Shown: positions 1 through 10,493 of the stretch, piece by piece
Position numbering within the stretch: the first letter of the stretch is position 1
How the letters are laid out: every line of letters begins with the position of its first letter
Assembly (NCBI GenBank): GCA_938075585.1
Contig: CALJHG010000054.1
Coordinates: forward strand, 49,834-113,833
Direction of reading: 5' to 3'
DNA from: an uncultured Gammaproteobacteria bacterium
GTDB taxonomy: Bacteria; Pseudomonadota; Gammaproteobacteria; Ga0077536
DNA: 64,000 bases
Program-made: the position numbers and the translations under genes
Notes under the pieces: model-generated
Told to the model about the DNA's origin: nothing
The model's input: only the letters and a program-made list of their open reading frames with translations
Databases searched by the model: none

Positions 1-671
1 TTTTGACCGCTGGTAATTTATCCTCGTTTTCTTGGGAACAACCAGATTTACTATATGCGCAATGCGGGACACCTTGCGCGAAAATTGCGCGTGAAGCTGC
101 TCGAAGCAATTTTGGAGAGCTAGCATTTTTGGCGGGTATACCGGGGACGTTGGGAGGTGCGCTCAAGATGAATGCAGGTGCCATCGGAAGCGAGATTTGG
201 TCATTTGTTGATAAAGTAGAGGTGGTCAACGCGGATGGAGAAATTCGGTATCTCAGTTCTTCGGAGTATAGGCCATATTATCGAGGTATCGCCGGTCCAG
301 AGCTGCAATTTCTAGGTGCCTGGTTACGACTTTCACAAAAAATACCGGACGCTTTAGAAAAGATTCGGAGCGTCTTAGCTGCGCGGAGTGTCTCACAACC
401 TACCGGCGAATTTACGTGTGGATCTGTCTTTAAGAACCCAACTGGCCATTACGCAGGCGAGTTAATAGAAAGATGCGATTTAAAAGGCTTTCGCGTAGGC
501 GACGTCGCGGTCTCTGAAAAACACGCCAACTTTTTCATCAATTATGGGGAGGCTTCTTCGCGTGACATAGAGAGTCTCATTGATCTAGTTAAAGTGAAAG
601 TTAGGAGTAGATTTGGTGTGAAGCTCGAAGAAGAGGTGCAAATTTTGGGTAAAGAGAAAATATATGAGTAA
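1..671 (+). CDS. murB: UDP-N-acetylenolpyruvoylglucosamine reductase MurB, C-terminal part (5' end lies upstream of the window)
   Basis: ORF runs off the window start. The translation has the MurB C-terminal domain (FTCGSVFKNP...ELIE). It lies immediately upstream of ddl, as in dcw clusters. Confidence 0.85.
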   Translation, partial: LTAGNLSSFSWEQPDLLYAQCGTPCAKIAREAARSNFGELAFLAGIPGTLGGALKMNAGAIGSEIWSFVDKVEVVNADGEIRYLSSSEYRPYYRGIAGPELQFLGAWLRLSQKIPDALEKIRSVLAARSVSQPTGEFTCGSVFKNPTGHYAGELIERCDLKGFRVGDVAVSEKHANFFINYGEASSRDIESLIDLVKVKVRSRFGVKLEEEVQILGKEKIYE

Positions 672-680
672 CTACTACTA

Positions 681-1631
681 ATGGAAATAAAAGATCGTCT
701 TATTACTGATGCATTTTTAATAGAAGCTGGTCACGTCGGTGTACTTATGGGAGGGAACTCCGCTGAGAGAGAAATTTCGTTAGAGACAGGTGCGCATGTT
801 ATCTCCTGCTTAAAAGAATCTGGAGTAAACGCTACTCCTATCGACTGGAATGGGAAACTCAGCCTATCTGAAAACTATATGCAATATGACAGGATTTTCA
901 TTGCTACTCATGGAATCGGTGGCGAAGATGGGAAGATTCAGTCAGTACTAGAACTTTTAGATATCCCATACACAGGCACTAAAGTATTGGGATGCGCATT
1001 AGCTATGGATAAAATTCGAGCTAAGCTAGTTTGGTCGGGTTTAGATTTATTGACGCCTTCGTTTGAGGTCATCGACCATGGTACTGATTCGACATCGTTG
1101 GTAAAAAAAATAGGGTTGCCTCTAATAGTTAAGCCAGCTAGAGGCGGTTCAAGCTTTGGTATCACTATAGTTGATGACGTCAGCCAGCTTATGGAAGCTA
1201 TCTCATATGCTAAAAAATTCGACTCTTTGGTGATTGCTGAATCCTATATCGCTGGTGAAGAGTATACAGTTTCAATCTTATTAGATGAGGCTCTACCCGT
1301 GATAAAAATTAAAACGCCCAGAGCGTTTTATGACTTTGAGGCGAAGTATCGAAGTGAAAGTACAGAATATATTTGTCCATGCGAACTGCAGCCTGAAGCC
1401 GAGGAAATGATTCAAGAGATTGCCCTAGCAGCCTTCGCTGCGTTAGGTGGCAGTGGGTGGGGGCGGATCGACTTCATAAAAGATGAGTCTGGAAAATTTT
1501 GGCTTATTGAAATGAACACTGTTCCTGGTTTGACGAGTCACTCGTTATTTCCAATATCGGTACATCACTCTGGAAAAAAAATTACGCAGGCAGTATTAAG
1601 TATTCTGTCATCGAGTATGACCAATGAGTAA
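681..1631 (+). CDS. ddl: D-alanine--D-alanine ligase
   Basis: 316 aa with the ATP-grasp Ddl pattern (GVLMGGNSAEREISL, EMNTVPG). It sits between murB and ftsQ. Confidence 0.9.
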   Translation: MEIKDRLITDAFLIEAGHVGVLMGGNSAEREISLETGAHVISCLKESGVNATPIDWNGKLSLSENYMQYDRIFIATHGIGGEDGKIQSVLELLDIPYTGTKVLGCALAMDKIRAKLVWSGLDLLTPSFEVIDHGTDSTSLVKKIGLPLIVKPARGGSSFGITIVDDVSQLMEAISYAKKFDSLVIAESYIAGEEYTVSILLDEALPVIKIKTPRAFYDFEAKYRSESTEYICPCELQPEAEEMIQEIALAAFAALGGSGWGRIDFIKDESGKFWLIEMNTVPGLTSHSLFPISVHHSGKKITQAVLSILSSSMTNE

Positions 1632-2364
1632 AAAAGTATTGGCGAGTTTAGGAGCTAAACATTGGCCTTCTTCGGTACTAGTCTTCGCTGTTGGCATACT
1701 TTTGACGGTTACAACTTTGTTGGTATTTTTGACTGCGAAAATTTCTGACCCCTCAGTATTACCTATAAATAAAGTAATCGTATCGGGTAACCTTCAACAC
1801 TTACAAAAGACTGAACTACGATCAATCGTTCGGGATGGTCTAGGTGGACGAGGTTTTTTTCGAGTGAATGTTAATGAAATTCAAGCATTACTAATGGAGC
1901 AACCTTGGATTGATGAAGCAATAGTGAGGCGAGTCTGGAAGGATACACTCGTGATAAGCATTAAAGAACAAGTTGCAGTTGCAGTTTGGGGGCATGGTTC
2001 ATACTTGAATAGGTATGGGAAAATTTTTACCCCTGAGAAGCCTTCGAAGATCCCTGGAATAGTACGATTTATGGGACCAGAAGGATTCGAGCAGGTAATG
2101 CTAGAACATTACAGACTTATTTCTAACAAGCTGTCTAACGTTTCGATAGTAATTGCTGAAGTCATTCTTACAGACAGAGGATCCTGGACATTTATTACAT
2201 CTGGTGGAAAAGAGTTAATTTTTGGTAAACAGTTTCTATCACAGAGACTAGAGAGATTTCTAGTGGGCTATCATCAAAATTTTTCTGCGGAATGGGCAAG
2301 CATTAGACGGATTGACTTAAGGTATTCAAACGGTTTGGCAATTGCTGCTGATGTGTTGTTATAG
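1624..2364 (+). CDS. ftsQ: cell division protein FtsQ
   Basis: 246 aa with an N-terminal transmembrane segment followed by POTRA/FtsQ-type domains. It overlaps the ddl stop by 8 bp and precedes ftsA. Confidence 0.8.
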   Translation: MSKKVLASLGAKHWPSSVLVFAVGILLTVTTLLVFLTAKISDPSVLPINKVIVSGNLQHLQKTELRSIVRDGLGGRGFFRVNVNEIQALLMEQPWIDEAIVRRVWKDTLVISIKEQVAVAVWGHGSYLNRYGKIFTPEKPSKIPGIVRFMGPEGFEQVMLEHYRLISNKLSNVSIVIAEVILTDRGSWTFITSGGKELIFGKQFLSQRLERFLVGYHQNFSAEWASIRRIDLRYSNGLAIAADVLL

Positions 2365-2431
2365 CGGAATAGTATTTGGTGTGAATGATTAGTTATGGGC
2401 GTAAACAATTGAATATAGGACTCGTTTTATT

Positions 2432-3661
2432 ATGAAACATGTAGAAAAGAGACTGATCATAGGACTTGATATTGGCACATCTAAAGTTGTGGCTTTGGTG
2501 GGGGAATTCTCATCGGACAATCAAGTGGAGGTCGTGGGCTTAGGTTCTCATCCGTCCCGAGGCCTAAAAAAAGGCGTAGTTGTAAATATCGAATCCACGG
2601 TTCAGTCAATCCAGAGGGCTATCGAAGAGGCGGAGCTCATGGCAGGTTGTCAAATAAACTCAGTTTATGCCGGAATATCTGGAGGACACATTAGAAGCTT
2701 GAATTCTCATGGCGTAGTTCCGATCAAGGATGGCGAGGTTACGCATGGGGATGTTGAGCACGTTATGGAAGCTGCGAGAGCGGTAGCGATTCCGTCTGAT
2801 CAGCAAATCATACATATTTTGGCGCAAGAATTCATTATCGATGGACAAGAGGGTATCGTTGACCCAATAGGAATGTCGGGTGTAAGACTAGAGGCAAAGG
2901 TACATATGGTTACTGGCGCAGTTTCGGCGGTACAGAATATTGAGAAGTGCGTAAGACGTTGTGGTTTAGAAGTTGACGAAGTTATTTTGCAGCAACTGGC
3001 GTCTTCATTTTCTGTACTAACAGAAGAAGAGAAAGAGTTAGGAGTATGTCTATGTGACATTGGTGGCGGTACCACAGATATTGCCGTTTTTTTAAACGGT
3101 GCTATACACCATTCAGCAGTGATCCCCATAGCCGGAGATCAGGCTACAAAAGATATAGCGATAGCGCTTAGAACTCCAAGCCATCATGCGGAAGATATAA
3201 AAATTCGGTATGCCTGCGCTCTGACGCAATTAGCTAATCCTGAAGAAATGATTGAAGTACCAAGCGTAGGTGATCGCCCTCCCCGAAGATTAACCCGCCA
3301 AACTTTAGCTGAAGTTATAGAGCCCCGTTATGAAGAACTATTCACTCTCATTAGTTCAGAACTTAAGCGCAGCGGTTTTGAAGAAGTAGTGGCGGCAGGG
3401 ATCGTACTTACTGGAGGAGGAGCGAAAATGGAAGGCGTGATTGAACTAGCTGAAGAGGTATTTCATATGCCAGTGCGGGTAGGTGTTCCCAAAGGTGTAT
3501 CTGGATTGGTCGATGTTGTTAGAAACCCAATTTATGCAACCGGAGTTGGTCTTTTAAGGTTCGGGTTTGAAGAGTCTTTGAGTTTTGCCAAAAAGGGCCG
3601 TCACGGGCATCACGTTTCGATTTTAGCGTCAATGAAAAACTGGTTCAAAGGTAATTTTTGA
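2432..3661 (+). CDS. ftsA: cell division protein FtsA
   Basis: 409 aa actin-fold protein with the N-terminal DIGTSK motif, lying between ftsQ and ftsZ. Confidence 0.92.
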   Translation: MKHVEKRLIIGLDIGTSKVVALVGEFSSDNQVEVVGLGSHPSRGLKKGVVVNIESTVQSIQRAIEEAELMAGCQINSVYAGISGGHIRSLNSHGVVPIKDGEVTHGDVEHVMEAARAVAIPSDQQIIHILAQEFIIDGQEGIVDPIGMSGVRLEAKVHMVTGAVSAVQNIEKCVRRCGLEVDEVILQQLASSFSVLTEEEKELGVCLCDIGGGTTDIAVFLNGAIHHSAVIPIAGDQATKDIAIALRTPSHHAEDIKIRYACALTQLANPEEMIEVPSVGDRPPRRLTRQTLAEVIEPRYEELFTLISSELKRSGFEEVVAAGIVLTGGGAKMEGVIELAEEVFHMPVRVGVPKGVSGLVDVVRNPIYATGVGLLRFGFEESLSFAKKGRHGHHVSILASMKNWFKGNF

Positions 3662-3728
3662 ATTAACCCCCTTGATTTATAGAGAAAATGATTTAGTAAA
3701 TATTTAACTAGAAAATGGAGAATAAGCC

Positions 3729-4880
3729 ATGTTTCAGATGATAGAAGAAGTTGGTTCCAAAGCGGTAATAAAGGTCATAGGTGTTGGAGGCGGCGGTGGA
3801 AACGCTGTTCAACATATGGCATCTTCTAATTTGGAACATGTGGAGTTTATATGTGCTAACACAGATGCACAGGCCTTAGAAAGTGGGAATATAAAGAACG
3901 TTCTGCAATTAGGAGAAAGTGTGACTAAAGGTCTGGGAGCAGGAGCTGATCCAACTGTGGGTAGGCAAGCCGCATTAGATGATACGGACTTGATTGTTGA
4001 GATGTTGCGTGGGACGGACATGGTGTTCATAACTGCAGGGATGGGCGGTGGCACCGGCACTGGAGCGGCTCCTGTAGTGGCACAGTTAGCTAAGGAAATG
4101 AACGTGCTGACGGTAGCGGTTGTGACTCGCCCATTTTCTTTTGAAGGGCGTAAGCGTGGTGAAATAGCAGAAAAGGGAATAGAAGAATTGACGCAGTATG
4201 TTGATTCTTTAATCACCATACCAAATGAAAAACTTTTAAGTGAACTTGGAAGCGATATCAGTTTACTGGATGCGTTTAGCGCAGCGAACGATGTGTTGTT
4301 CGGTGCTGTCCAAGGAGTCGCTGAGTTAATAACCTGTAGCGGAAAGATTAACGTGGATTTCGCTGATGTGCGAACAGTTATGTCTGAGAAAGGTATGGCT
4401 ATGATTGGATCTGGTTCAGGGCGTGGAGAGAATCGAGCTGAAGATGCGGCAAGATCGGCCATCTGCAGCCCACTGCTCGAAGATATAGATCTGACTGGCG
4501 CCAAAGGTGTCCTGGTCAATATTACATCGAATGCTGACTTAACAATCGGTGAATTTCAAAAATTTGGCGATTGCGTTGCTGAATTCACATCGGATAATGC
4601 AACCGTAGTTATTGGTAATGTTGTGGATGAAGATATTAAAGACGAAGTTAGAGTTACAGTAGTAGCGACTGGTATTGGCGGAACTGAAACCGAAAATTTT
4701 ACAAGCCCAACTTTAGTATCGTCACTATCTGAGAGCACGGAGGCTCAGGCTATCTATGACGAAAATAAAGACTCAGTACTCGATGGTAAGAAAGAGAAAT
4801 TGGGTTCCGTGAACCAAGACGAAGAGAGCAATCCCAGTTATCTCGATATCCCTGCTTTTTTGAGGAGACAGGCCGATTGA
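3729..4880 (+). CDS. ftsZ: cell division GTPase FtsZ
   Basis: 383 aa. It has the VIGVGGGGGNAV tubulin signature and the GGGTGTGAAP T7 loop region. Confidence 0.95.
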   Translation: MFQMIEEVGSKAVIKVIGVGGGGGNAVQHMASSNLEHVEFICANTDAQALESGNIKNVLQLGESVTKGLGAGADPTVGRQAALDDTDLIVEMLRGTDMVFITAGMGGGTGTGAAPVVAQLAKEMNVLTVAVVTRPFSFEGRKRGEIAEKGIEELTQYVDSLITIPNEKLLSELGSDISLLDAFSAANDVLFGAVQGVAELITCSGKINVDFADVRTVMSEKGMAMIGSGSGRGENRAEDAARSAICSPLLEDIDLTGAKGVLVNITSNADLTIGEFQKFGDCVAEFTSDNATVVIGNVVDEDIKDEVRVTVVATGIGGTETENFTSPTLVSSLSESTEAQAIYDENKDSVLDGKKEKLGSVNQDEESNPSYLDIPAFLRRQAD

Positions 4881-4952
4881 AAAATGAAGAGAGCAGATTG
4901 AGGTGCCCATGTGTTATAATTAACGTAACTAACATCTGGAACGGTCAGGGAA

Positions 4953-5858
4953 ATGATCAAGCAGAGAACCCTGAAGAATGCTATTAGAGCAACCGGCATT
5001 GGCTTGCATACCGGAGAAACAGTATTTTTAACTGTTAGGCCCGCCCCTGTAGATACCGGTATAGTATTCTGTCGACAAGATCTCGATCCAGTGGTTGAAA
5101 TACCAGCCCGTGCGGAGAATGTTGGTAAAACAAATCTCTCTACTAGTTTGGTTAAAGACGGGGTTAAAGTTTCGACGGTGGAACATTTATTGTCGGCTTT
5201 TGCGGGTCTAGGTATTGACAATGCATTTGTTGATCTCACGTCTTCCGAAGTTCCTATTATGGATGGTAGTGCGGGTCCATTCGTTTTTCTCCTACAATCT
5301 GCTGGCATAGCACAACAGTGCCAGTCAAAAAAATTTATAAGAATAAAAGAAGAAATCGTAGTTTCGGATGGCGATAAGTGGGCAAGTTTTAAACCATTTC
5401 ATGGCTTTAAAGTCTCATTTGCAATAGAGTTCCAGCATCCGATCTTTCAGGGTAAAATTAGTCGTTCCGAGATTGATTTTTCAACTACGTCTTTTGTTAA
5501 AGAGATTAGTCGCGCTAGAACTTTTGGATTCATGAAAGACGTTGAAGCTCTTCGTGAAAAAAATTTGGTGCTTGGCGGGAGTCTAGATAACGCTGTGGTC
5601 GTTGACGAGGATCGTGTGTTAAATGAAGACGGATTACGGTATGAAGATGAGTTTGTGAAGCACAAAATACTAGATGCTATCGGTGATCTTTATTTGCTTG
5701 GATATGGGCTAATTGGGGCGTTTCACGGATTTAAATCGGGACATGAGCTCAATAATCGATTGATTAGAAAGATTTTAGGAGCTACTGACGCTTGGGAGTT
5801 GGTTTCCTTAGAGGATTCCGAACTTTCACCTATTATCTTTCAACAGCCAATCACCTAA
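4953..5858 (+). CDS. lpxC: UDP-3-O-acyl-N-acetylglucosamine deacetylase
   Basis: 301 aa with the canonical LpxC N-terminus ([22 protein letters not shown]). It follows ftsZ. Confidence 0.92.
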   Translation: MIKQRTLKNAIRATGIGLHTGETVFLTVRPAPVDTGIVFCRQDLDPVVEIPARAENVGKTNLSTSLVKDGVKVSTVEHLLSAFAGLGIDNAFVDLTSSEVPIMDGSAGPFVFLLQSAGIAQQCQSKKFIRIKEEIVVSDGDKWASFKPFHGFKVSFAIEFQHPIFQGKISRSEIDFSTTSFVKEISRARTFGFMKDVEALREKNLVLGGSLDNAVVVDEDRVLNEDGLRYEDEFVKHKILDAIGDLYLLGYGLIGAFHGFKSGHELNNRLIRKILGATDAWELVSLEDSELSPIIFQQPIT

Positions 5859-5877
5859 GTCGACTTTAGATTTGAAT

Positions 5878-6351
5878 TTATTTGATATTTTTAGCAAGTC
5901 GATGCATAGCATTTTGTAATTTTTTATTTTTCAGAGTTGACGCATGCTGCGTGAGTAAGTTACTAGTCGACTCAGAAATGAGTTCGAGTTTTTCCTTGTT
6001 TCTACCAGCGCCTCGTGTGTCCGTGGTTCTAGATTGTATTAGTTTAACCCCGTTGACTTTAGGAAAATTGTCTAGTTTTTTTAATTTATTCAGAATGCCA
6101 GGTATTTCATATCGCATGTTAGTCGCCCAAATTGGCGAATCTGCGAAGGCTACCAGTAGGTCGTCTTTGATATTTGCTAATGTTATGTGATTAGTTAAGA
6201 ATTCTGGCAAGACTGATTGGAATATTTTATTCAGTTGACTAAGTCTTTTTGCTTTCAGCCGCAATTGCCCAACAACTGAATTTTGATTCGCGGCTGTAAC
6301 TATTGGTTTCGGTCTGTTGTCACTCATTAAGTTCCTTAAACGCCCCATCAA
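5878..6351 (-). CDS. DUF721 family protein, DciA-like (candidate replicative helicase loader/operator)
   Basis: 157 aa. The central DUF721-type pattern is LANIKDDLLVAFADSPIWATNMRYEIPGILNKL. It is divergent between lpxC and secA, a position where DUF721 genes sit in many non-enteric Proteobacteria. Confidence 0.55.
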   Translation of the reverse strand: MMGRLRNLMSDNRPKPIVTAANQNSVVGQLRLKAKRLSQLNKIFQSVLPEFLTNHITLANIKDDLLVAFADSPIWATNMRYEIPGILNKLKKLDNFPKVNGVKLIQSRTTDTRGAGRNKEKLELISESTSNLLTQHASTLKNKKLQNAMHRLAKNIK

Positions 6352-6480
6352 AAGGACACGGATGGTGGGCTTGATGCTCCGTATTTTTAGTTAGAGCTAA
6401 ATTATATCTATTTGCTACAATACACTATATAAGATCAATGAGCATTATTTTCGCTAAATTTCGATATGGTAAATTCTTAA

Positions 6481-9195
6481 ATGGCTATCAATTCTTCATC
6501 TTTCGTGCAAGGGATTTTGTCAAAAATTTTTGGTAGTAGCAATGACCGTACTCTCAAACGAGCGCGCAAGGTAGTTGGCGAGATTGCGAGTTTTGAGACT
6601 CAATTAAAAGCATTATCTAGCGATGATCTAAAAGGGAAAACCGAGTATTTTCGGGAAAAGTTTTTAAATGGAGATAGTTTAGATGTCCTCTTGCCGGAAG
6701 CCTTCGCGGTAGTCCGTGAGGTTAGTTGTCGAGTTTTAAACATGCGTCACTTTGATGAACAGATGATCGGAGGGATGATGCTACATGAAGGAAAAATTGC
6801 AGAAATGCGCACTGGAGAGGGTAAAACTCTGGCAGCGACGCTGCCAGTATATCTAAATGCGTTGTCTGGTAAATCTGTGCACGTAGTTACCGTTAATGAT
6901 TATCTAGCTCAGCGCGATTCAGAATGGATGGGGAAACTATACAATGCGCTTGGGCTTTCTGTTGGGGTAATCGTTAGCGGCATGGAGCACCAGAATCGTA
7001 AAGCGGCTTACGCATGTGACATCACGTATGGGACAAACAATGAGTTCGGGTTTGATTACTTACGGGATAACATGAGCTTTAATTTCGAGCAGCAGGTCCA
7101 GCGTGACCTAACTTTTGCCGTGATAGATGAGGTCGATTCAATTTTAATTGATGAAGCTAGGACACCATTGATCATTTCCGGTCCAGCTGATGATCGTAGT
7201 GATATTTATACAAAAATAAATGATTTAGTAGCTGTTTTGGTGGCCCAAACCGATGACGACGAGACCGTAGATGTATTGAGTGACTATACTATTGATGAAA
7301 AGTCTAGACAAGTGTATCTAACTGAGAGTGGTCACGAGCACGTCGAGAGAATATTAATCGATGCTGGGCTTTTGGATACTAACGATAGTCTCTATAGCGC
7401 GAGTAATATTTCGTTAGTACATCATGTGTACGCCGCGATTAGAGCTCAGAGTTTGTTCCAGCGAGATGTTGATTATGTTATTCAAAATGGACAAGTTGTA
7501 ATTGTTGACGAGTTTACCGGACGCACAATGCCAGGTCGACGTTGGTCTGATGGGTTGCACCAGGCAGTTGAAGCTAAAGAGGGTCTAGTTATTCAGGAAG
7601 AGAATCAGACACTAGCCTCTATTACCTATCAAAATTACTTCCGTCTCTATGATAACTTGTCTGGTATGACTGGGACTGCAGATACTGAAGCTCACGAGTT
7701 TCAAGAAATCTATAATTTGGAAGTTGTGGTGATCCCCACGCATAAAGCCATGATCAGAGAAGATTATGGAGATTTAGTTTATTTAAGTCAGACTGAAAAA
7801 TTTCAGGCTATTTTGGAAGATATTCAAAATTGTGTTGAGAGAGGGCAACCAGTTCTTGTAGGTACAACGTCAATCGAAACATCAGAGTATCTCTCTAATT
7901 TACTTAAAAAGAATAAAATAAAACATGAAGTCTTAAATGCTAAGTTTCATGAACAAGAGGCCAGTATAATAGCTAATGCTGGTACTTCAGGAAGTGTCAC
8001 CGTTGCTACTAATATGGCTGGTAGGGGTACAGATATAGTATTAGGAGGTAATCCTGATTTTGGTTCAAAGGAATTGGAAGAAGCTTCCAAGCTTTGTGAT
8101 GTGAACTGGGAGCAGAGTCATCAGAATGTGTTGGACGCGGGAGGACTTCATATTATCGGCACCGAACGACATGAATCCCGTAGGATAGATAATCAACTGA
8201 GAGGACGCTCTGGTAGGCAGGGAGATGCCGGCTCTAGTCGCTTTTATTTATCGTTAGAAGATAGCTTGATGCGCATATTTGCATCTGAAAAAGTCTCAGG
8301 TCTCATGAAAAAATTGGGTATGGATGAAGGAGAGGCGATCGAGCATCCTTGGGTAAGTAAAGCTATCGAGAACGCGCAAAGAAAAGTTGAAGGAAGGAAC
8401 TTTGATGTTCGTAAACAGCTACTAGAGTTTGATGATGTGGCGAATGATCAAAGAACGCATGTGTATGCTCAGCGACGAGAAATTATGCAGGCAGATAGTA
8501 TAAGGGATATGATTTTACAAATACGCGACGATGTGGTGTCTGAATTAGTAGACAGACATTTAGTCTTGGGTGGTGATGGACGCGACTGGAACCTACAAGC
8601 ACTGGCAAAAGGTCTCAAAAATGAAGTGAGTATCTATATAGAACCAGATGAATTTTTAAATATCCATGATCTATCATTGTTACGAGAAAAAATACTTGAA
8701 GGTGCTGAGGATGTCTTTATAAAGAAAGAAGAGATGGTCGGATATTCCGCTATTCGGGAGTTCGAGAAAAGTGCCATGCTTCAGGTTTTAGATACTAACT
8801 GGAAAGAACACCTGGCGGCTATGGATCACTTGCGACAAGGAATACATTTGCGAGGGTTCGCTCAAAAGAACCCAAAACAAGAGTACAAGCGTGAAGCATT
8901 TGAAATGTTTTCTGTGATGCTCGATCAAATCAAGCGCTCCATCACTAAGATAATATGTGGGTTGCAGATTTCTACAGGTGACCAGCTCGTGCAAACCCAG
9001 CGAAAGGAACTAGAGCTTTCTGAGGAAAATTACCAGCGAGCAGATCATAGTGAATTTAAAAACTTTGAAAAGTCTGGGGTTTCTCCGTCAAGTTCAGATA
9101 AACCTTTTGTCCGAAAGGGGCAAAAAATAGGGCGCAATGACTTGTGCCCATGCGGCTCCCAGAAAAAGTATAAACTCTGTCACGGCAAGACCTGA
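6481..9195 (+). CDS. secA: preprotein translocase ATPase SecA
   Basis: 904 aa with DEAD-motor motifs. The C-terminal zinc-binding tail is [15 protein letters not shown]. Confidence 0.95.
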   Translation: MAINSSSFVQGILSKIFGSSNDRTLKRARKVVGEIASFETQLKALSSDDLKGKTEYFREKFLNGDSLDVLLPEAFAVVREVSCRVLNMRHFDEQMIGGMMLHEGKIAEMRTGEGKTLAATLPVYLNALSGKSVHVVTVNDYLAQRDSEWMGKLYNALGLSVGVIVSGMEHQNRKAAYACDITYGTNNEFGFDYLRDNMSFNFEQQVQRDLTFAVIDEVDSILIDEARTPLIISGPADDRSDIYTKINDLVAVLVAQTDDDETVDVLSDYTIDEKSRQVYLTESGHEHVERILIDAGLLDTNDSLYSASNISLVHHVYAAIRAQSLFQRDVDYVIQNGQVVIVDEFTGRTMPGRRWSDGLHQAVEAKEGLVIQEENQTLASITYQNYFRLYDNLSGMTGTADTEAHEFQEIYNLEVVVIPTHKAMIREDYGDLVYLSQTEKFQAILEDIQNCVERGQPVLVGTTSIETSEYLSNLLKKNKIKHEVLNAKFHEQEASIIANAGTSGSVTVATNMAGRGTDIVLGGNPDFGSKELEEASKLCDVNWEQSHQNVLDAGGLHIIGTERHESRRIDNQLRGRSGRQGDAGSSRFYLSLEDSLMRIFASEKVSGLMKKLGMDEGEAIEHPWVSKAIENAQRKVEGRNFDVRKQLLEFDDVANDQRTHVYAQRREIMQADSIRDMILQIRDDVVSELVDRHLVLGGDGRDWNLQALAKGLKNEVSIYIEPDEFLNIHDLSLLREKILEGAEDVFIKKEEMVGYSAIREFEKSAMLQVLDTNWKEHLAAMDHLRQGIHLRGFAQKNPKQEYKREAFEMFSVMLDQIKRSITKIICGLQISTGDQLVQTQRKELELSEENYQRADHSEFKNFEKSGVSPSSSDKPFVRKGQKIGRNDLCPCGSQKKYKLCHGKT

Positions 9196-9216
9196 GGAAA
9201 GTATGGTGTTGATACT

Positions 9217-10425
9217 ATGAGCTTTGAGCTTTCGAAAAAAATTTTACCAGTGAAAGGAATTCGGCTAGGTACTGCTGCGAGTGGAGAGCGTTACGAAAAC
9301 AGGGATGATCTGCTGGTTGTGGAGGTGTCAGAGGGGGCGTCTAGTGCTGCAGTATTTACTAGGAACGTGTTTTGTGCAGCTCCCGTTATTATTGCACGTC
9401 GTCATATGGAGACTATGGCTCCGAGATATCTCATAGTAAACGCGGGGAATGCAAATGCTGGGACAGGTATTGCTGGTGAGAAAGATTGCAGAAAAATCTG
9501 CGATTATTTAGCGAAAGAAGTTGGTTGGCCAGTTGAAGCCATACTTCCGTTTTCTACCGGTGTCATTGGACAGTTAATTGATACTGACCGGATCGGTGGA
9601 GCGATAAATGACTGTCTTTCGGCTCTGTCGGAAAATAACTGGGCCGCGGCGGGTAGAGCAATTATGACTACCGATACTTGTTTAAAAGCAAGAAGCGCAA
9701 CTATCGAAGTTAACGGAGCGCTGGCAACAGTTACTGGTATTGCAAAAGGTAGCGGCATGATTAAACCGGACATGGCAACTATGTTGGCTTTCGTGGCTAC
9801 GGATGCGGCTGTTTCCCCTGAGATGGTTCAATTAATTTGTGAGGAAGCGGCGAACGTAAGTTTTAATCGGATTACAGTGGATGGCGATACATCTACTAAC
9901 GACGCTTTTGTTTTAATGGCGACAGGGGCGCGACAAAATAAGAATATATTAAAAGATGGTGATGAATTTCGAAAGTTGGCCGCGACGATATGTATGGTTT
10001 GCACAGAGTTAGCGAAGGATATCGTGCGAGACGGCGAGGGCGCAACTAAATTTGTTACGATTACCGTTTATGGCGAAGCAGAAGAAGAGAGGAGCCGAGT
10101 AGCTTACGCTGTGGCAGAGTCCCCCTTAGTTAAAACAGCATTGTTTGCTTCAGATGCAAATTGGGGTCGCATACTAGCTGCAGTCGGACGGTCAATTGAT
10201 CGTACGACTCGATTGGAGGACATCGATATTAATGTTTCTGGGGTGCCACTTGTGAAAAATGGACAGCCTGTGCTATCAAAAAGCAGCGATGCTATTGATC
10301 AGCTTTTTGCGCAAAGCGAAATAGAGTTTTCTATCCATTTAGATGATGGCGCTTCCAGTACTTCGGTTTGGACGTGTGATTACTCTTACGAGTATATACG
10401 CATAAATGCTGAGTATCGTACTTAG
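9217..10425 (+). CDS. argJ: bifunctional ornithine acetyltransferase / N-acetylglutamate synthase ArgJ
   Basis: 402 aa. It has the ArgJ autoprocessing region (ATMLAFVATDA). It follows secA, as in Pseudomonas. Confidence 0.9.
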   Translation: MSFELSKKILPVKGIRLGTAASGERYENRDDLLVVEVSEGASSAAVFTRNVFCAAPVIIARRHMETMAPRYLIVNAGNANAGTGIAGEKDCRKICDYLAKEVGWPVEAILPFSTGVIGQLIDTDRIGGAINDCLSALSENNWAAAGRAIMTTDTCLKARSATIEVNGALATVTGIAKGSGMIKPDMATMLAFVATDAAVSPEMVQLICEEAANVSFNRITVDGDTSTNDAFVLMATGARQNKNILKDGDEFRKLAATICMVCTELAKDIVRDGEGATKFVTITVYGEAEEERSRVAYAVAESPLVKTALFASDANWGRILAAVGRSIDRTTRLEDIDINVSGVPLVKNGQPVLSKSSDAIDQLFAQSEIEFSIHLDDGASSTSVWTCDYSYEYIRINAEYRT

Positions 10426-10493
10426 GAATTTTTGCTGTTTCTACTTAATCTTTGTTTGCTAAAGTAGTTAGAATTAGTTAGAGAGGACGCATT

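Noticed and set aside
3809-4519. 236-aa minus-strand ORF inside ftsZ
   Set aside because: It is entirely antisense to the strongly supported ftsZ CDS. The product is low-complexity (Ser/Pro/Ala-rich), which is a typical shadow ORF of a Gly/Ala-rich gene.
4838-5308. 156-aa minus-strand ORF overlapping the ftsZ end and the lpxC start
   Set aside because: It is antisense to two well-supported genes. It has no SD or family resemblance and is a shadow ORF.
5882-6190. 102-aa plus-strand ORF overlapping the DUF721 gene
   Set aside because: The opposite-strand DUF721/DciA-like reading has a recognisable family pattern. This ORF is Cys/Phe/Leu-rich nonsense.
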